A stretch of 64,000 nucleotides of DNA from Candidatus Heteroclostridium caecigallinarum. Its GTDB lineage: Bacteria > Bacillota > Clostridia > Christensenellales > CAG-314. Location: positions 954 to 64,953 of the forward strand of contig CAJFSP010000006.1 of assembly GCA_904419725.1 (NCBI GenBank), in the 5' to 3' direction. How positions within the stretch are numbered: the first letter of the stretch is position 1; each line of letters starts with the position of its first letter. The notes under the pieces are model-generated. The model saw only the letters and a list, made by a program, of their open reading frames with translations, searched no databases and had not been told where the DNA came from. Of this stretch, positions 26,632 through 37,978 are shown piece after piece. The translations under genes were made by a program, and so were the position numbers.

Positions 26632-28238
26632 GCATTACCGAAACATCTATGTATAAATATCTTATGCTAAATTATAACGAGAAAAAAGACGCCGTCGCGA
26701 TGTCTTTTCTGCATAAGAAATTTACTTACGGGTTTCTGTCGGACGAAATTGACAGAATCGCCTGTTTTCTGAAAAATCAGGGCATTGAAAAGGGTGACCG
26801 GGTTACAATAGCCCTGCCAAACATTCCGTCGGCGGTAAGTTCGTTTTACGCCGTCAATAAAATCGGGGCGGTGGCCAACATGGTGCACCCGCTTGTGCCA
26901 TACGAACTGCTGGCGGAATATATGAAAGACACCGGCAGCAAACTGCTGTTTGCCTTCGACACCCTTCTGGACGGTTATTTCGACAGGCTGATAGAGGACG
27001 GGTTCAGGGTTGTTGTGTGCAAAGCCAACGATTATCTTGGCGCTTTCGAATCCTTTTTTTACACGGCGTTCGGCAAAAAAAGGTACAGGCAGATTGATGA
27101 CATACGCTGTGTGAAATTCGCCGACGCGCGCGGGACGGAGGTCTATCACGTTGACGCCGACGAAAGTTTTGACGACGTGTCGGTAATAATGCACAGCAGC
27201 GGCACGACGGAAAAATCCAAAAGCGCCGCACTCACAAACAAAAACTTCAATACCATAGCGGAAAACACAATCGACATTCTGCCGTGGAAGAAAAAACTCG
27301 GCATAGGTATGGCAGGGCTTACCGTGCTGCCGATGTTTCACGCTTTCGGGTTGGGGGTGTGCATCCACACATACCTTTCTTACGGCTACGACAACGTGCT
27401 GATACCGAAATATTCGCCTAAACTCATAATCAAAAAACTCAGGCGTAAAAACATAGCCGTCATAGCCGGCGTGCCGACAATGTTCGCCGGCATGGTGGCG
27501 CAGAAAGGGTTTGACGGCAGGCATCTTAGAAAACTCAGGTTCGCTTTTTGCGGCGGGGACAAACTCAGCGCCAAAGTCAAGACCAAATTCGATTACACCG
27601 TATCCAAAAACGGCGGGGAGTGCCCGCTTGACGAAGGTTACGGCCTTACCGAAGCGGCGGGGGTGTTTTCCGTAAACACCCGTGCGGCGTCGAGGGAAGG
27701 CTCGGTCGGCAAAGCGCTGGGCGACGCCGAAATACATGTGTTTGACGAAAACGGCAACAAACTGCCGCCCGATTCCCAGGGCGAACTGTGCCTTTCCACC
27801 GACGCCCTGATGAAGGGTTATATAAACGGCGGCAAAATTTCCTCCGACGGGTTTTTCGAATACGGCGGAAAAAGATACGTCAGGACGGGCGACTGGGGCA
27901 GCGTGGACGCCGACGGGTTCATATATTTCAAACAGCGCATCAAGCGTATGGAAAAAGTGTCGGGCGTCAACGTATTTCCAGCCGAGGCGGAAAACGTGAT
28001 TTCCGCCGTGGGCGGCGTCAGGGCGTGCTGCGTAAAAGGTGTGCCGGACAACCGCAAGGGCACAGTGCTCAAAGCCTTTGTGCAGGCGGAAGAAGGGGCC
28101 GACACGGACAAACTGCTGGCGGCAATAAAGGCCGAGTGCGCCGAAAAACTCGACAAATGGACAAACCCGAAATATTACGAATTTATCGACAGGTTTCCGG
28201 TCACTAAATTCGGCAAGATAGACTATAACAAACTTTGA
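26628..28238 (+). CDS. AMP-binding (adenylate-forming) enzyme, acyl-CoA ligase-like
   Basis: Core motifs are SSGTTEKSKSA (A3, deviant), EGYGLTEAAG (A5), TGDWGSVDADGFIYF (A7) and FGKIDYNKL (A10). Its ATG overlaps the upstream TGA (ATGA). Confidence 0.85.
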   Translation: MSITETSMYKYLMLNYNEKKDAVAMSFLHKKFTYGFLSDEIDRIACFLKNQGIEKGDRVTIALPNIPSAVSSFYAVNKIGAVANMVHPLVPYELLAEYMKDTGSKLLFAFDTLLDGYFDRLIEDGFRVVVCKANDYLGAFESFFYTAFGKKRYRQIDDIRCVKFADARGTEVYHVDADESFDDVSVIMHSSGTTEKSKSAALTNKNFNTIAENTIDILPWKKKLGIGMAGLTVLPMFHAFGLGVCIHTYLSYGYDNVLIPKYSPKLIIKKLRRKNIAVIAGVPTMFAGMVAQKGFDGRHLRKLRFAFCGGDKLSAKVKTKFDYTVSKNGGECPLDEGYGLTEAAGVFSVNTRAASREGSVGKALGDAEIHVFDENGNKLPPDSQGELCLSTDALMKGYINGGKISSDGFFEYGGKRYVRTGDWGSVDADGFIYFKQRIKRMEKVSGVNVFPAEAENVISAVGGVRACCVKGVPDNRKGTVLKAFVQAEEGADTDKLLAAIKAECAEKLDKWTNPKYYEFIDRFPVTKFGKIDYNKL

Positions 28239-28246
28239 GGTGTTTT

Positions 28247-30634
28247 ATGAAAAAACGGAGCATCGCCGCCGCCGACGCCGTAAGGTACGAAACCCTGCCG
28301 TCGGTCGGACTCGCGGCCGAACAGGTGGCGGAACGCAGGAGCGACGACCTTGTAAACAAGGTCGAGCGCACGGTGGGCAAAAGTTACGCCGCTATTTTTC
28401 TGGGCAACATCTTCACCTTTTTCAACATGCTCGGGCTTTTTATCATGGTGCTGATGTTCGCGCTGGGGTCATTCGACAACCTGTTTTTCAGCGTAGTCAT
28501 ACTGGCGAACACATTTATCGGCATCATTCAGGAAATCAAAGCCAAAAAGAGCATTGAAAAACTTTCGATAATGTCGGCGCCGACAGCCAACGTCGTCCGC
28601 GGCGGGGTTGAAAGCGAAATCGCCGTGAGCGATCTTGTGCTTGACGACATAGTGCGGCTGGAAGCGGGCAAGCAAATCGCCGCCGACTCCGTCGTGCTGG
28701 AAGGCGAGATAGAAGTCAACGAAGCGCTTCTGACCGGCGAATCGGTGCCGGTAAAGAAAAGAACCGGGGACGCGCTTTTGTCCGGCAGTTTTGTCGTGAG
28801 CGGCTCGTGCAGGGCGCGCGTCGACCATATCGGAAGCGACAACTATGTTGAAAAACTGTCCGCCAAGGCGAAAAAATATCAGAAACCCAACAGTCAGCTC
28901 ATGCGTTCCATAAACGCGATCATAAAAGTGCTGGCAATCATCATTTTCCCTCTCGGTATAGGCACGTATTTTGTGTCGTACGCAGACCTCGGTAACGTGG
29001 CGGAAGCGCTTACAAAAGCCGCCGGCTCCATGATAGGCATGATACCTAGCGGCATGGTGCTGCTTACCAGCGTGGCGCTGGCGGTTTCCGTCATCAAACT
29101 GGCGCGGAACAACGCCCTGGTGCAGGACCTTTACTGCATTGAGATGCTGGCAAGGGTAAACGTGCTGTGCCTCGACAAGACGGGTACGATTACCGACGGC
29201 ACAATGAGCGTCGAAGAGGTGGAAATGCTTGCCGACGTCAAAAATTTCGGCGTTCTCATGGCAAACTGTCTCGCCGCCACGGGCGATGCCAACCAGTCGG
29301 CGCTGGCGATGGCGCAAAGGTTCGGCAAAGAAAGCACCTTTTCCGTCAATGCCGTTATTCCGTTTTCCTCGGCGCGAAAATATTCCGCCGCCAGTTTCGA
29401 CGGCGTCGGCACGATAGCGGTGGGCGCCCCGGGGTTTGTGTGCAAACCGACGGACGCCACGGCGGTGAAAATAGAAAAATACGCCGCCAGCGGCAAAAGA
29501 GTTATGCTTGCCGCCGTTTCGGACGGATATATAACAGACGATAAATTGCCTGAAATGAAAGAAGCCGCCATAATAGTGGTGGAGGACACGGTGAGGGAAG
29601 ACGCCGTGGAAATCATAAACTGGTTCAAGCAAAACGACGTGGCGGTCAGGGTCATCAGCGGCGACAACCCGCTTACCGTGTCGGTGATAGCGGGTAAGGT
29701 GGGCATCGAAAACGCCGAAAAATACGTCAGCCTCGAAGGCATGAGCGACGCCGAGGTCATAGCCGCCGCCGGCGAATATACGGTGTTCGGCAGGGTCAAC
29801 CCCGACCAGAAAGCGCTGCTCATCAAAACAATCAAGGCAAACGGCAACACCGTAGCCATGACGGGCGACGGCGTAAACGACATACTCGCCATGAAAGAAG
29901 CCGACTGCGCCGTGGCAATCGCGGCGGGCAGCGAGGCCGCCAGGAGCGTGGCGCACCTGGTGCTTATGGACAGCAAATTTTCTTCCATGCCGAAGGTGGT
30001 GCGCGAGGGCAGGCAGGTTGTCAACAACATACAGAACTCTTCGTCGCTCTTCCTGATGAAAACGACGATGACGGTGTTTACCACCATACTTATGCTTATT
30101 CTCGGACAGATGTATCCGTTCGAGCCGAAAAACCTGTACATAATCGAGTTTGTAGTCATAGGCATTCCGTCCTTCGTGCTGGCGCTCAGGCCGAACTTGG
30201 CGAGAATCACGGGGCGGTTTATTTCCAACACGCTGCTTAAAACCATTCCAAGCGGACTGTCGCTGTCGCTTTCGGTGCTTATCGTGTATATTTACTCGAC
30301 TGTCAACGGAATCCCGACGGCCGGCGAAACAGATGTAATAGCTCTCTTCGTGACAATGGCAGCCATGGCGATGACGCTTTCCGGCGCCGTGGCGCTGGCG
30401 GTCATGTGCTTCCCTTACACATGGATAACGGGTCCTACGGCGCTGCTGTCGGCGGTTTTGTGCGTGCTGTGCTTCGTTATAAGGCCAATCGCGGGCTTTA
30501 TGGATTATGTAGACGTTTCGGGGCATGTCGGCGTAATCGTGCTGTGCGTGGCGGTTTCGGCTGTCATTATCGTTACTTTCAGGGCGGTTAGCGCCGTCAT
30601 CGCGAGAAAAAAGAAAGAAAAAATTTCCGCCTGA
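28247..30634 (+). CDS. P-type ATPase of uncertain substrate (HAD-IC family, non-canonical TM4/TM6 ligand positions)
   Basis: It has TGES (LTGESVPV), DKTGT (CLDKTGTITDG) and the hinge MTGDGVNDILAMKEADCAVAIA. TM4 reads IPSGMV in place of PEGL. GAGGTG lies 4 nt before the ATG at 28247. Confidence 0.88.
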   Translation: MKKRSIAAADAVRYETLPSVGLAAEQVAERRSDDLVNKVERTVGKSYAAIFLGNIFTFFNMLGLFIMVLMFALGSFDNLFFSVVILANTFIGIIQEIKAKKSIEKLSIMSAPTANVVRGGVESEIAVSDLVLDDIVRLEAGKQIAADSVVLEGEIEVNEALLTGESVPVKKRTGDALLSGSFVVSGSCRARVDHIGSDNYVEKLSAKAKKYQKPNSQLMRSINAIIKVLAIIIFPLGIGTYFVSYADLGNVAEALTKAAGSMIGMIPSGMVLLTSVALAVSVIKLARNNALVQDLYCIEMLARVNVLCLDKTGTITDGTMSVEEVEMLADVKNFGVLMANCLAATGDANQSALAMAQRFGKESTFSVNAVIPFSSARKYSAASFDGVGTIAVGAPGFVCKPTDATAVKIEKYAASGKRVMLAAVSDGYITDDKLPEMKEAAIIVVEDTVREDAVEIINWFKQNDVAVRVISGDNPLTVSVIAGKVGIENAEKYVSLEGMSDAEVIAAAGEYTVFGRVNPDQKALLIKTIKANGNTVAMTGDGVNDILAMKEADCAVAIAAGSEAARSVAHLVLMDSKFSSMPKVVREGRQVVNNIQNSSSLFLMKTTMTVFTTILMLILGQMYPFEPKNLYIIEFVVIGIPSFVLALRPNLARITGRFISNTLLKTIPSGLSLSLSVLIVYIYSTVNGIPTAGETDVIALFVTMAAMAMTLSGAVALAVMCFPYTWITGPTALLSAVLCVLCFVIRPIAGFMDYVDVSGHVGVIVLCVAVSAVIIVTFRAVSAVIARKKKEKISA

Positions 30635-30636
30635 TA

Positions 30637-30665
30637 TTTACACGGGCGTTCCGATTGGGTATAAT
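30637..30665 (+). promoter_or_regulatory. Promoter candidate (TTTACA-17-TATAAT) for the 79-aa membrane protein gene
   Basis: TTTACA at 30637-30642 and TATAAT at 30660-30665. Confidence 0.5.
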
Positions 30666-30727
30666 TGTCGTATCAGGGGAATATTATTTAGCCTTAAATA
30701 ATAGAATACAATACGGAGGTATGTGTT

Positions 30728-30967
30728 ATGGCAAAAAACGGTTTCATTTCGGCAATGGACAGCATGCCGTGGATAGTCAAACTGATTCTGTGTATTCCGG
30801 CGCTTGACATCGTCTGGGCAATCTATCGTATAGTGAAAGGCGCCACCGAAGGCAAAATTTTAACTTTGGTAATCGGCATTCTGTGGATTATACCGGGCGC
30901 GGTGATATGCTGGATTATCGACCTTGTATGCACGATTATATTCGGCAAACCTACAATATTCGCGTGA
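30728..30967 (+). CDS. Small hydrophobic membrane protein (79 aa, 2-3 TM), unknown family
   Basis: SD ACGGAGG lies upstream. It has its own promoter and a strong terminator, and it is hydrophobic throughout. Confidence 0.6.
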   Translation: MAKNGFISAMDSMPWIVKLILCIPALDIVWAIYRIVKGATEGKILTLVIGILWIIPGAVICWIIDLVCTIIFGKPTIFA

Positions 30968-30976
30968 CAAAGAAAA

Positions 30977-31004
30977 ACGACCCGTTTTCGGGTCGTCTTT
31001 TTTT
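30977..31004 (+). terminator. Intrinsic terminator
   Basis: An 8-bp stem ACGACCCG/CGGGTCGT with a TTTT loop is followed by a T7 run. Confidence 0.8.
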
Positions 31005-31091
31005 GCCTTCCGGCAGGCAATCATTTAGGGAGGAACGGCGGAAAATTTTTTCCGCTGTTATATATTATTAAAAACCCGAGCGGAAAGTGCG

Positions 31092-31122
31092 TATAAAAAT
31101 AAAAAAGCCCCTTGAAGGGGCT
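31092..31122 (-). terminator. Intrinsic terminator after the Cys-rich small gene
   Basis: The stem is AGCCCCT/AGGGGCT (31106-31122). On the minus strand it is followed by TTTTTTATTTTTAT. Confidence 0.7.
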
Positions 31123-31148
31123 TTTGTCGCGGAAACGCTATGTGTCTG

Positions 31149-31346
31149 TCAGCATCTGTTGTCGCTTATGCTTATGGCGCCGCAGCAATAGAGCATCGCC
31201 GCGATGATAAGCAGGCAGCAAGGACTGATACGCAGGTTGAAAGTTTTGTTGTTTCCGCCGCAGCAGCAGCAAACAAACAAAATTATAAGTATAATCCAGG
31301 TACAATCGCCGCAACCGTTATTGTTGTTAAACAAACCGTTAAACAT
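31149..31346 (-). CDS. Cysteine-rich small hydrophobic protein (65 aa, 11 Cys), possibly related to tiny YjcZ-like sporulation proteins
   Basis: SD GGAGGAGG lies ~8 nt upstream of the ATG and a terminator lies downstream. The sequence is MFNGLFNNNNGCGDCTWIILIILFVCCCCGGNN...SPCCLLIIAAMLYCCGA...NRC. Confidence 0.65.
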   Translation of the reverse strand: MFNGLFNNNNGCGDCTWIILIILFVCCCCGGNNKTFNLRISPCCLLIIAAMLYCCGAISISDNRC

Positions 31347-31469
31347 AAAGTTGTTACCTCCTCCGAAATCATATTTTTCCCGTCGGGAAAAATGTGGTTA
31401 CAATTCACAGTATGGCAAAAGGCAGAAAAGTGTTACTTGCCTTCCGCCGCACAAATTTAGTCTTGTTTG

Positions 31470-31498
31470 TTCACAAAAAACATTATGTGTGATATAAT
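31470..31498 (+). promoter_or_regulatory. Promoter candidate (TTCACA-17-TGaTATAAT) for the ECF S-component/coaX operon
   Basis: TTCACA at 31470-31475 and an extended -10 with TATAAT at 31493-31498. Confidence 0.5.
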
Positions 31499-31573
31499 GC
31501 ATACGGCTCGTATGGCTTGCCAACGGGACTAAAAAAACGACGGTACCTTTTACGGACCGGAACGGAGATTGTC

Positions 31574-32185
31574 ATGAAAACTTTAACTACCAGAAGAATC
31601 GCCATAACGGCGGTTTTCATCGCGCTGCTTGCCGTGTTTTCCTTTACGCCGCTGGGTATGCTGCCCATTATTCCCGGCGTTATCGATACGGCGTTTTTGC
31701 TTATTATGATAGTTACGCTGGCGGCGCAGCTCGAAGGGCTTTTCGTGGGCGTGGTGTGCTCGACAACTTTCGGCATATTCAGCCTGATACGCTCGTTTAT
31801 GAGCGCCACGGTTACGGCCCCGTTTTTCCAGAACCCGCTGATATCTGTCGTGCCGAGGATAATAATGGGCATAACCGCTTATTATTCTTTCGCCCTTATG
31901 AAAAAAGCCACGGCGAACAGCGGAAAAAATTTCGTTAAAAACCAACTCCCGTCGATAGTGGGCGCGGTTGTCGCCGTCGTCACCAACACGGCGCTGGTGC
32001 TTGGCTTTATGGCGCTGGGTTACGGCGCTTCCACCATTACCGTGGGCGGCGAAGCGCAGACCGTCCTGCAATTCGTGACGGGCAGCGTGCTGCTCATCAA
32101 TTTCCCGGTGGAAATCGCCGCAAACGTAATCCTGACGCCGATATTATATACGGTTATAAGCAAATACGCCAAAAGGGGAAATTAA
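31574..32185 (+). CDS. ECF transporter S component, putative pantothenate-specific (PanT-like, assigned by context)
   Basis: It is a ~200-aa, 6-TM protein with S-component architecture. GGAG lies upstream of the ATG at 31574. It is separated from coaX by 3 nt. Confidence 0.65.
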   Translation: MKTLTTRRIAITAVFIALLAVFSFTPLGMLPIIPGVIDTAFLLIMIVTLAAQLEGLFVGVVCSTTFGIFSLIRSFMSATVTAPFFQNPLISVVPRIIMGITAYYSFALMKKATANSGKNFVKNQLPSIVGAVVAVVTNTALVLGFMALGYGASTITVGGEAQTVLQFVTGSVLLINFPVEIAANVILTPILYTVISKYAKRGN

Positions 32186-32188
32186 ATT

Positions 32189-32965
32189 ATGGTACTCGCT
32201 CTCGACGTCGGCAACACCAACATCAAAATAGGTCTCTTTGACGGGGATGAAATGATTCAAAGCTGGCGTATGGCCACCGACCTGGTGCGCACCGCCGACG
32301 AATACGGCATAGCGCTCATGCAGTTGCTGCGCAGCGGCGGCGTGGAGCCTTCGCAAATCGACGGGACAATCGTTTCGTCGGTCATCCCGCAACTTAACTA
32401 CACCATTGAGCACATGCTCGACTACTATCTGCACACAAAGCCGCTGATGGTGGGGCCGGGAATCAAAACCGGGCTCAACATTCAGTACGAAAACCCGAGA
32501 GAAGTGGGCAGCGACAGAATAGTCAACTCCGTATGCGCTTACAATAAATACGGCGGGCCTGTCATTGTGGTGGATTTCGGCACGGCTACGACTTTCAACG
32601 CCATAAGCCGAGACGGCAGATTTCTGGGCGGCTGCATATGCCCCGGCGTCAAAACGTCGGTCGAGGCGCTTGTCAACGCCACGGCGAAACTGCCTACAAT
32701 CGAACTTGTCAAACCCAGCCGCATAATAGGCAAGACTACCGTGACCAATATGCAGGCGGGCGTTACTTACGGCGTTGTGGGGCAGGTCAGATATATTCTC
32801 GAAACAATGAAAAAAGAGATGGGCGAAAAGAACATCAAGGTGGTTGCCACGGGCGGTCTTTCCGAACTGGTTAAAGACGAAGTCGGGTTAATCGACGTGG
32901 TGGACAGGCGCCTTTCGCTTCTCGGTATCAAAATGATTTACGATGTCAATAATCCGAAGGGCTGA
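32189..32965 (+). CDS. coaX: Type III pantothenate kinase
   Basis: The N-terminus is LALDVGNTNIKIGLF, with GSDRIVN and VVDFGTATTF motifs. The length is 258 aa. Confidence 0.9.
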   Translation: MVLALDVGNTNIKIGLFDGDEMIQSWRMATDLVRTADEYGIALMQLLRSGGVEPSQIDGTIVSSVIPQLNYTIEHMLDYYLHTKPLMVGPGIKTGLNIQYENPREVGSDRIVNSVCAYNKYGGPVIVVDFGTATTFNAISRDGRFLGGCICPGVKTSVEALVNATAKLPTIELVKPSRIIGKTTVTNMQAGVTYGVVGQVRYILETMKKEMGEKNIKVVATGGLSELVKDEVGLIDVVDRRLSLLGIKMIYDVNNPKG

Positions 32966-33064
32966 TACGTCAAAAGTACGTATGCGCACTTTCACATATA
33001 ATGGCAGCGGACGTCCGTTTCGTATATGCGCGCATATATGCATATATGGAACGGTGTTTTTTAT

Positions 33065-33078
33065 CGAACGTATGTTCG
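33065..33078. promoter_or_regulatory. LexA (DinR) SOS box, Cheo-box consensus
   Basis: CGAACGTATGTTCG is a perfect CGAAC-N4-GTTCG palindrome. It lies 5 nt upstream of the uvrB -35. Confidence 0.8.
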
Positions 33079-33083
33079 AATAG

Positions 33084-33112
33084 TTGCCAATAAAAATATG
33101 ATGAGTTAAAAT
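33084..33112 (+). promoter_or_regulatory. uvrBA promoter candidate (TTGCCA-17-TAAAAT)
   Basis: TTGCCA at 33084-33089 and TAAAAT at 33107-33112. The uvrB ATG begins at 33119. Confidence 0.55.
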
Positions 33113-33118
33113 AACTAT

Positions 33119-35072
<1,954 letters not shown>

Positions 35073-35083
<11 letters not shown>

Positions 35084-37904
35084 CATTTTTATCAAAAGCG
35101 CAAAAGAAAACAATCTCAAAGGCATAGACGTGTCCATTCCGCGCGATAAACTCGTGGTGTTTACGGGGCTGTCGGGCAGCGGAAAGAGCAGTCTGGCTTT
35201 CGACACGATTTTCGCCGAAGGCCAGCGCAGATATGTCGAAAGTCTGTCGGCTTACGCCAGACAGTTCCTCGGTCAGATGGACAAACCCGACGTGGAATAC
35301 ATCGAGGGGCTTTCGCCGGCGATTTCGATAGACCAGAAAACCACGTCGTCAAATCCGCGTTCGACCGTGGGCACCGTCACCGAGATATACGACTATCTCA
35401 GGCTGCTTTACGCGCGCGTCGGCACGCCTTACTGCCCGGTGTGCGGCAGGGAAATAAAAAAGCAGACCGTTGACCAGATATGCGAGCAGGTCATGCAGGC
35501 GCCCGCCGGCAAAAAACTCATGGTTATGGCGCCCGTCATCCGCAGCAGAAAGGGCGAGTACCAGAAACTGTTTTCCGACCTTAAAAAGAGCGGCTACGCC
35601 AGGGTCAGCGTTGACGGCAGCATATATCTGCTGGAAGAAGAAATCAAACTCGACAAAAATAAAAAACACAACATCAGCGTGGTGGTGGACAGGCTCGTCG
35701 TCAAAGAAGATATGCACAAACGTCTTGCCGACAGCGTTGAAACGGCGCTCAGACTGGCCGACAATCTGGTGGTGATAGACATCGAGGGCGAACAGACGCT
35801 TTATTCGGCTTCCTATGCCTGCCCCGACTGCGGCGTTTCGATTGAGGAACTCGAACCCCGTATGTTCAGTTTCAACAGCCCGTTCGGCGCCTGTCCCGAA
35901 TGCAAGGGGCTGGGTTTCGTCATGGAGTTTGACGAGGATTTGATTATCCCCGACAGAAGCAAAAGCCTGGCGGAAGGTGCCATCAAGATTTTCGGCATTA
36001 CAATGGACGGCGGAATGCTGTTCAAATATCTCGAAGCGTTTTCAAAAAAATACGGCTTTTCCATGAATACGCCGGTGGAAAAACTCTCAAAAGAAGCGTA
36101 TGACATCGTCATGTACGGCAACGGCGGCGAAATGGTGGACGTAGAATATAACTCCAAAACCTTTTCCGGCAGCGTCAAGACCGATTGGGAAGGCATAATG
36201 CCTATGCTGGAACGCAGGTACGCCCAGTGCTCTAACGATTATATCAAGGCCGAATACGAAAAATACATGCGCACCCGCCCTTGCGCGGCGTGCGGCGGCA
36301 GACGCCTTAAAAAAGAAAGCCTTTCGGTTAAGATTGGCGGCAAGAACATCACCGAGATATGCGATATGTCGATTTCGTCGCTCAAAGACTTTTTCGACAA
36401 TCTCGCGCTTGACGCCACAAAGAGCAAAATCGCCGAAGTCGTGCTCAAAGAAATCAAGGCGCGGCTGGATTTTCTTGTGTCGGTAGGGCTGGATTATCTC
36501 ACGCTGTCCAGAAGCAGCGGCACGCTGTCGGGCGGCGAGGCGCAGCGCATAAGGCTGGCGACGCAGATAGGAAGCGGGCTTATGGGCGTGCTGTATATTC
36601 TGGACGAGCCGAGCATAGGACTGCACCAGCGCGACAACGAAAAACTGATTGAAACGCTCAAAAGACTCAGGGATCTCGGCAACACGCTTATAGTCGTCGA
36701 GCATGACGAAGACACAATTCTTTCCGCCGATTATGTGGTGGACATAGGTCCCGGCGCGGGCGTGCACGGCGGCGAACTTGTGTACGCCGGCGACGTGGAA
36801 GGACTTAAAAACTGCGAAAAGTCCGTTACGGGGCAGTATCTTTCGCACAAAAAATACGTCCCTACGCCGTCGGAGCGCAGACCCGTCACGCAAAAGAAAC
36901 TGTCTCTTAAAGGCGCCACGCAAAACAATCTCAAAAATATCGACGTGGAAATTCCGCTGGGGCTGTTTAATGTCGTCACCGGCGTGTCGGGAAGCGGCAA
37001 GAGCAGCCTGATTAACGAAACCCTGCTGCCGGTGCTCACGGAAAAACTCAACCACGGCAGAAAGAGCAGGGCGGAGTTTGCCGAAATAAGCGGGCTGGAA
37101 TATCTCGACAAAGTCATCGCCATCGACCAAAGCCCGATAGGGCGTACGCCAAGAAGTAACCCGGCGACGTATACCGGAATGTTTACGCATATACGTGAAC
37201 TGTTCGCCCAGACGCCCGACGCGAAGGAAAGGGGGTATAAGGCGGGCAGATTCAGTTTCAACGTGCGCGGCGGCAGGTGCGACAACTGTGACGGCGACGG
37301 CATAATAAAAATCGAAATGAACTTTCTGCCCGACGTATACGTTCCGTGCGAAGTGTGTCACGGCAGACGTTATAACAAAGAAACGCTGGAAGTGCGCTAT
37401 AAAGGCAAAAATATTTCCGACGTGCTGAACATGACGGTGGAAGAGGCGCTGGAGTTTTTCTCCAACATCAGCGCGATACGCAACAAACTGCAGACGCTTT
37501 ACGACGTCGGACTGGGATATATCACGCTTGGTCAGAGCGCAACGACGCTGTCCGGCGGCGAGGCGCAGAGGGTCAAACTCGCCACGGAACTCGCCAAACG
37601 TAGCACGGGCAAGACGATATATATTCTCGACGAGCCGACAACGGGTCTGCACGCCGCCGATGTGGATAAACTCATCGCCATTTTGCAGAGACTTGTGGCT
37701 GGCGGCAATACCGTTATTGTCATCGAACACAATCTCGACGTGATCCGCGTGGCGGATTACATCATAGATCTTGGCCCCGAGGGCGGCGACAAGGGCGGCA
37801 TGATAGTCACTAGCGGCACGCCGGAACAGGTCGCCCTGTGTGAAAACAGTTATACGGGGCGTTTCCTTAAAAAAGCGTTGGAGAGTTTCGACAAGCCGCA
37901 ATGA
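35073..37904 (+). CDS. uvrA: Excinuclease ABC subunit A
   Basis: It has two ABC modules ([12 protein letters not shown] and [10 protein letters not shown], with LSGGEAQR twice) and zinc modules ([19 protein letters not shown]). It overlaps uvrB by 11 nt. Confidence 0.97.
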
Positions 37905-37906
37905 TA

Positions 37907-37933
37907 AAAAGACGCGCAGAGCGTCTTTTTTTT
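37907..37933 (+). terminator. Intrinsic terminator after uvrA
   Basis: The stem is AAAAGACGC-gcaga-GCGTCTTTT, followed by a T-run. Confidence 0.7.
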
Positions 37934-37978
37934 ATGCGGCGGGCAAAAACGCACGCCGCATGACATAAATTGTACGGT

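Noticed and set aside
28469-30526. 685-aa minus-strand ORF.
   Set aside because: It is antisense to the P-type ATPase gene (TGES/DKTGT/GDGxND all lie on the plus frame). The product is dominated by R/H/G.
31140-31497. Plus-strand ORFs of 106 and 97 aa opposite the Cys-rich small gene.
   Set aside because: They have no SD and they cross the hairpin terminator region. The minus-strand 65-aa ORF has both an SD and a terminator.
36087-37901. 604-aa minus-strand ORF.
   Set aside because: It is antisense to uvrA.
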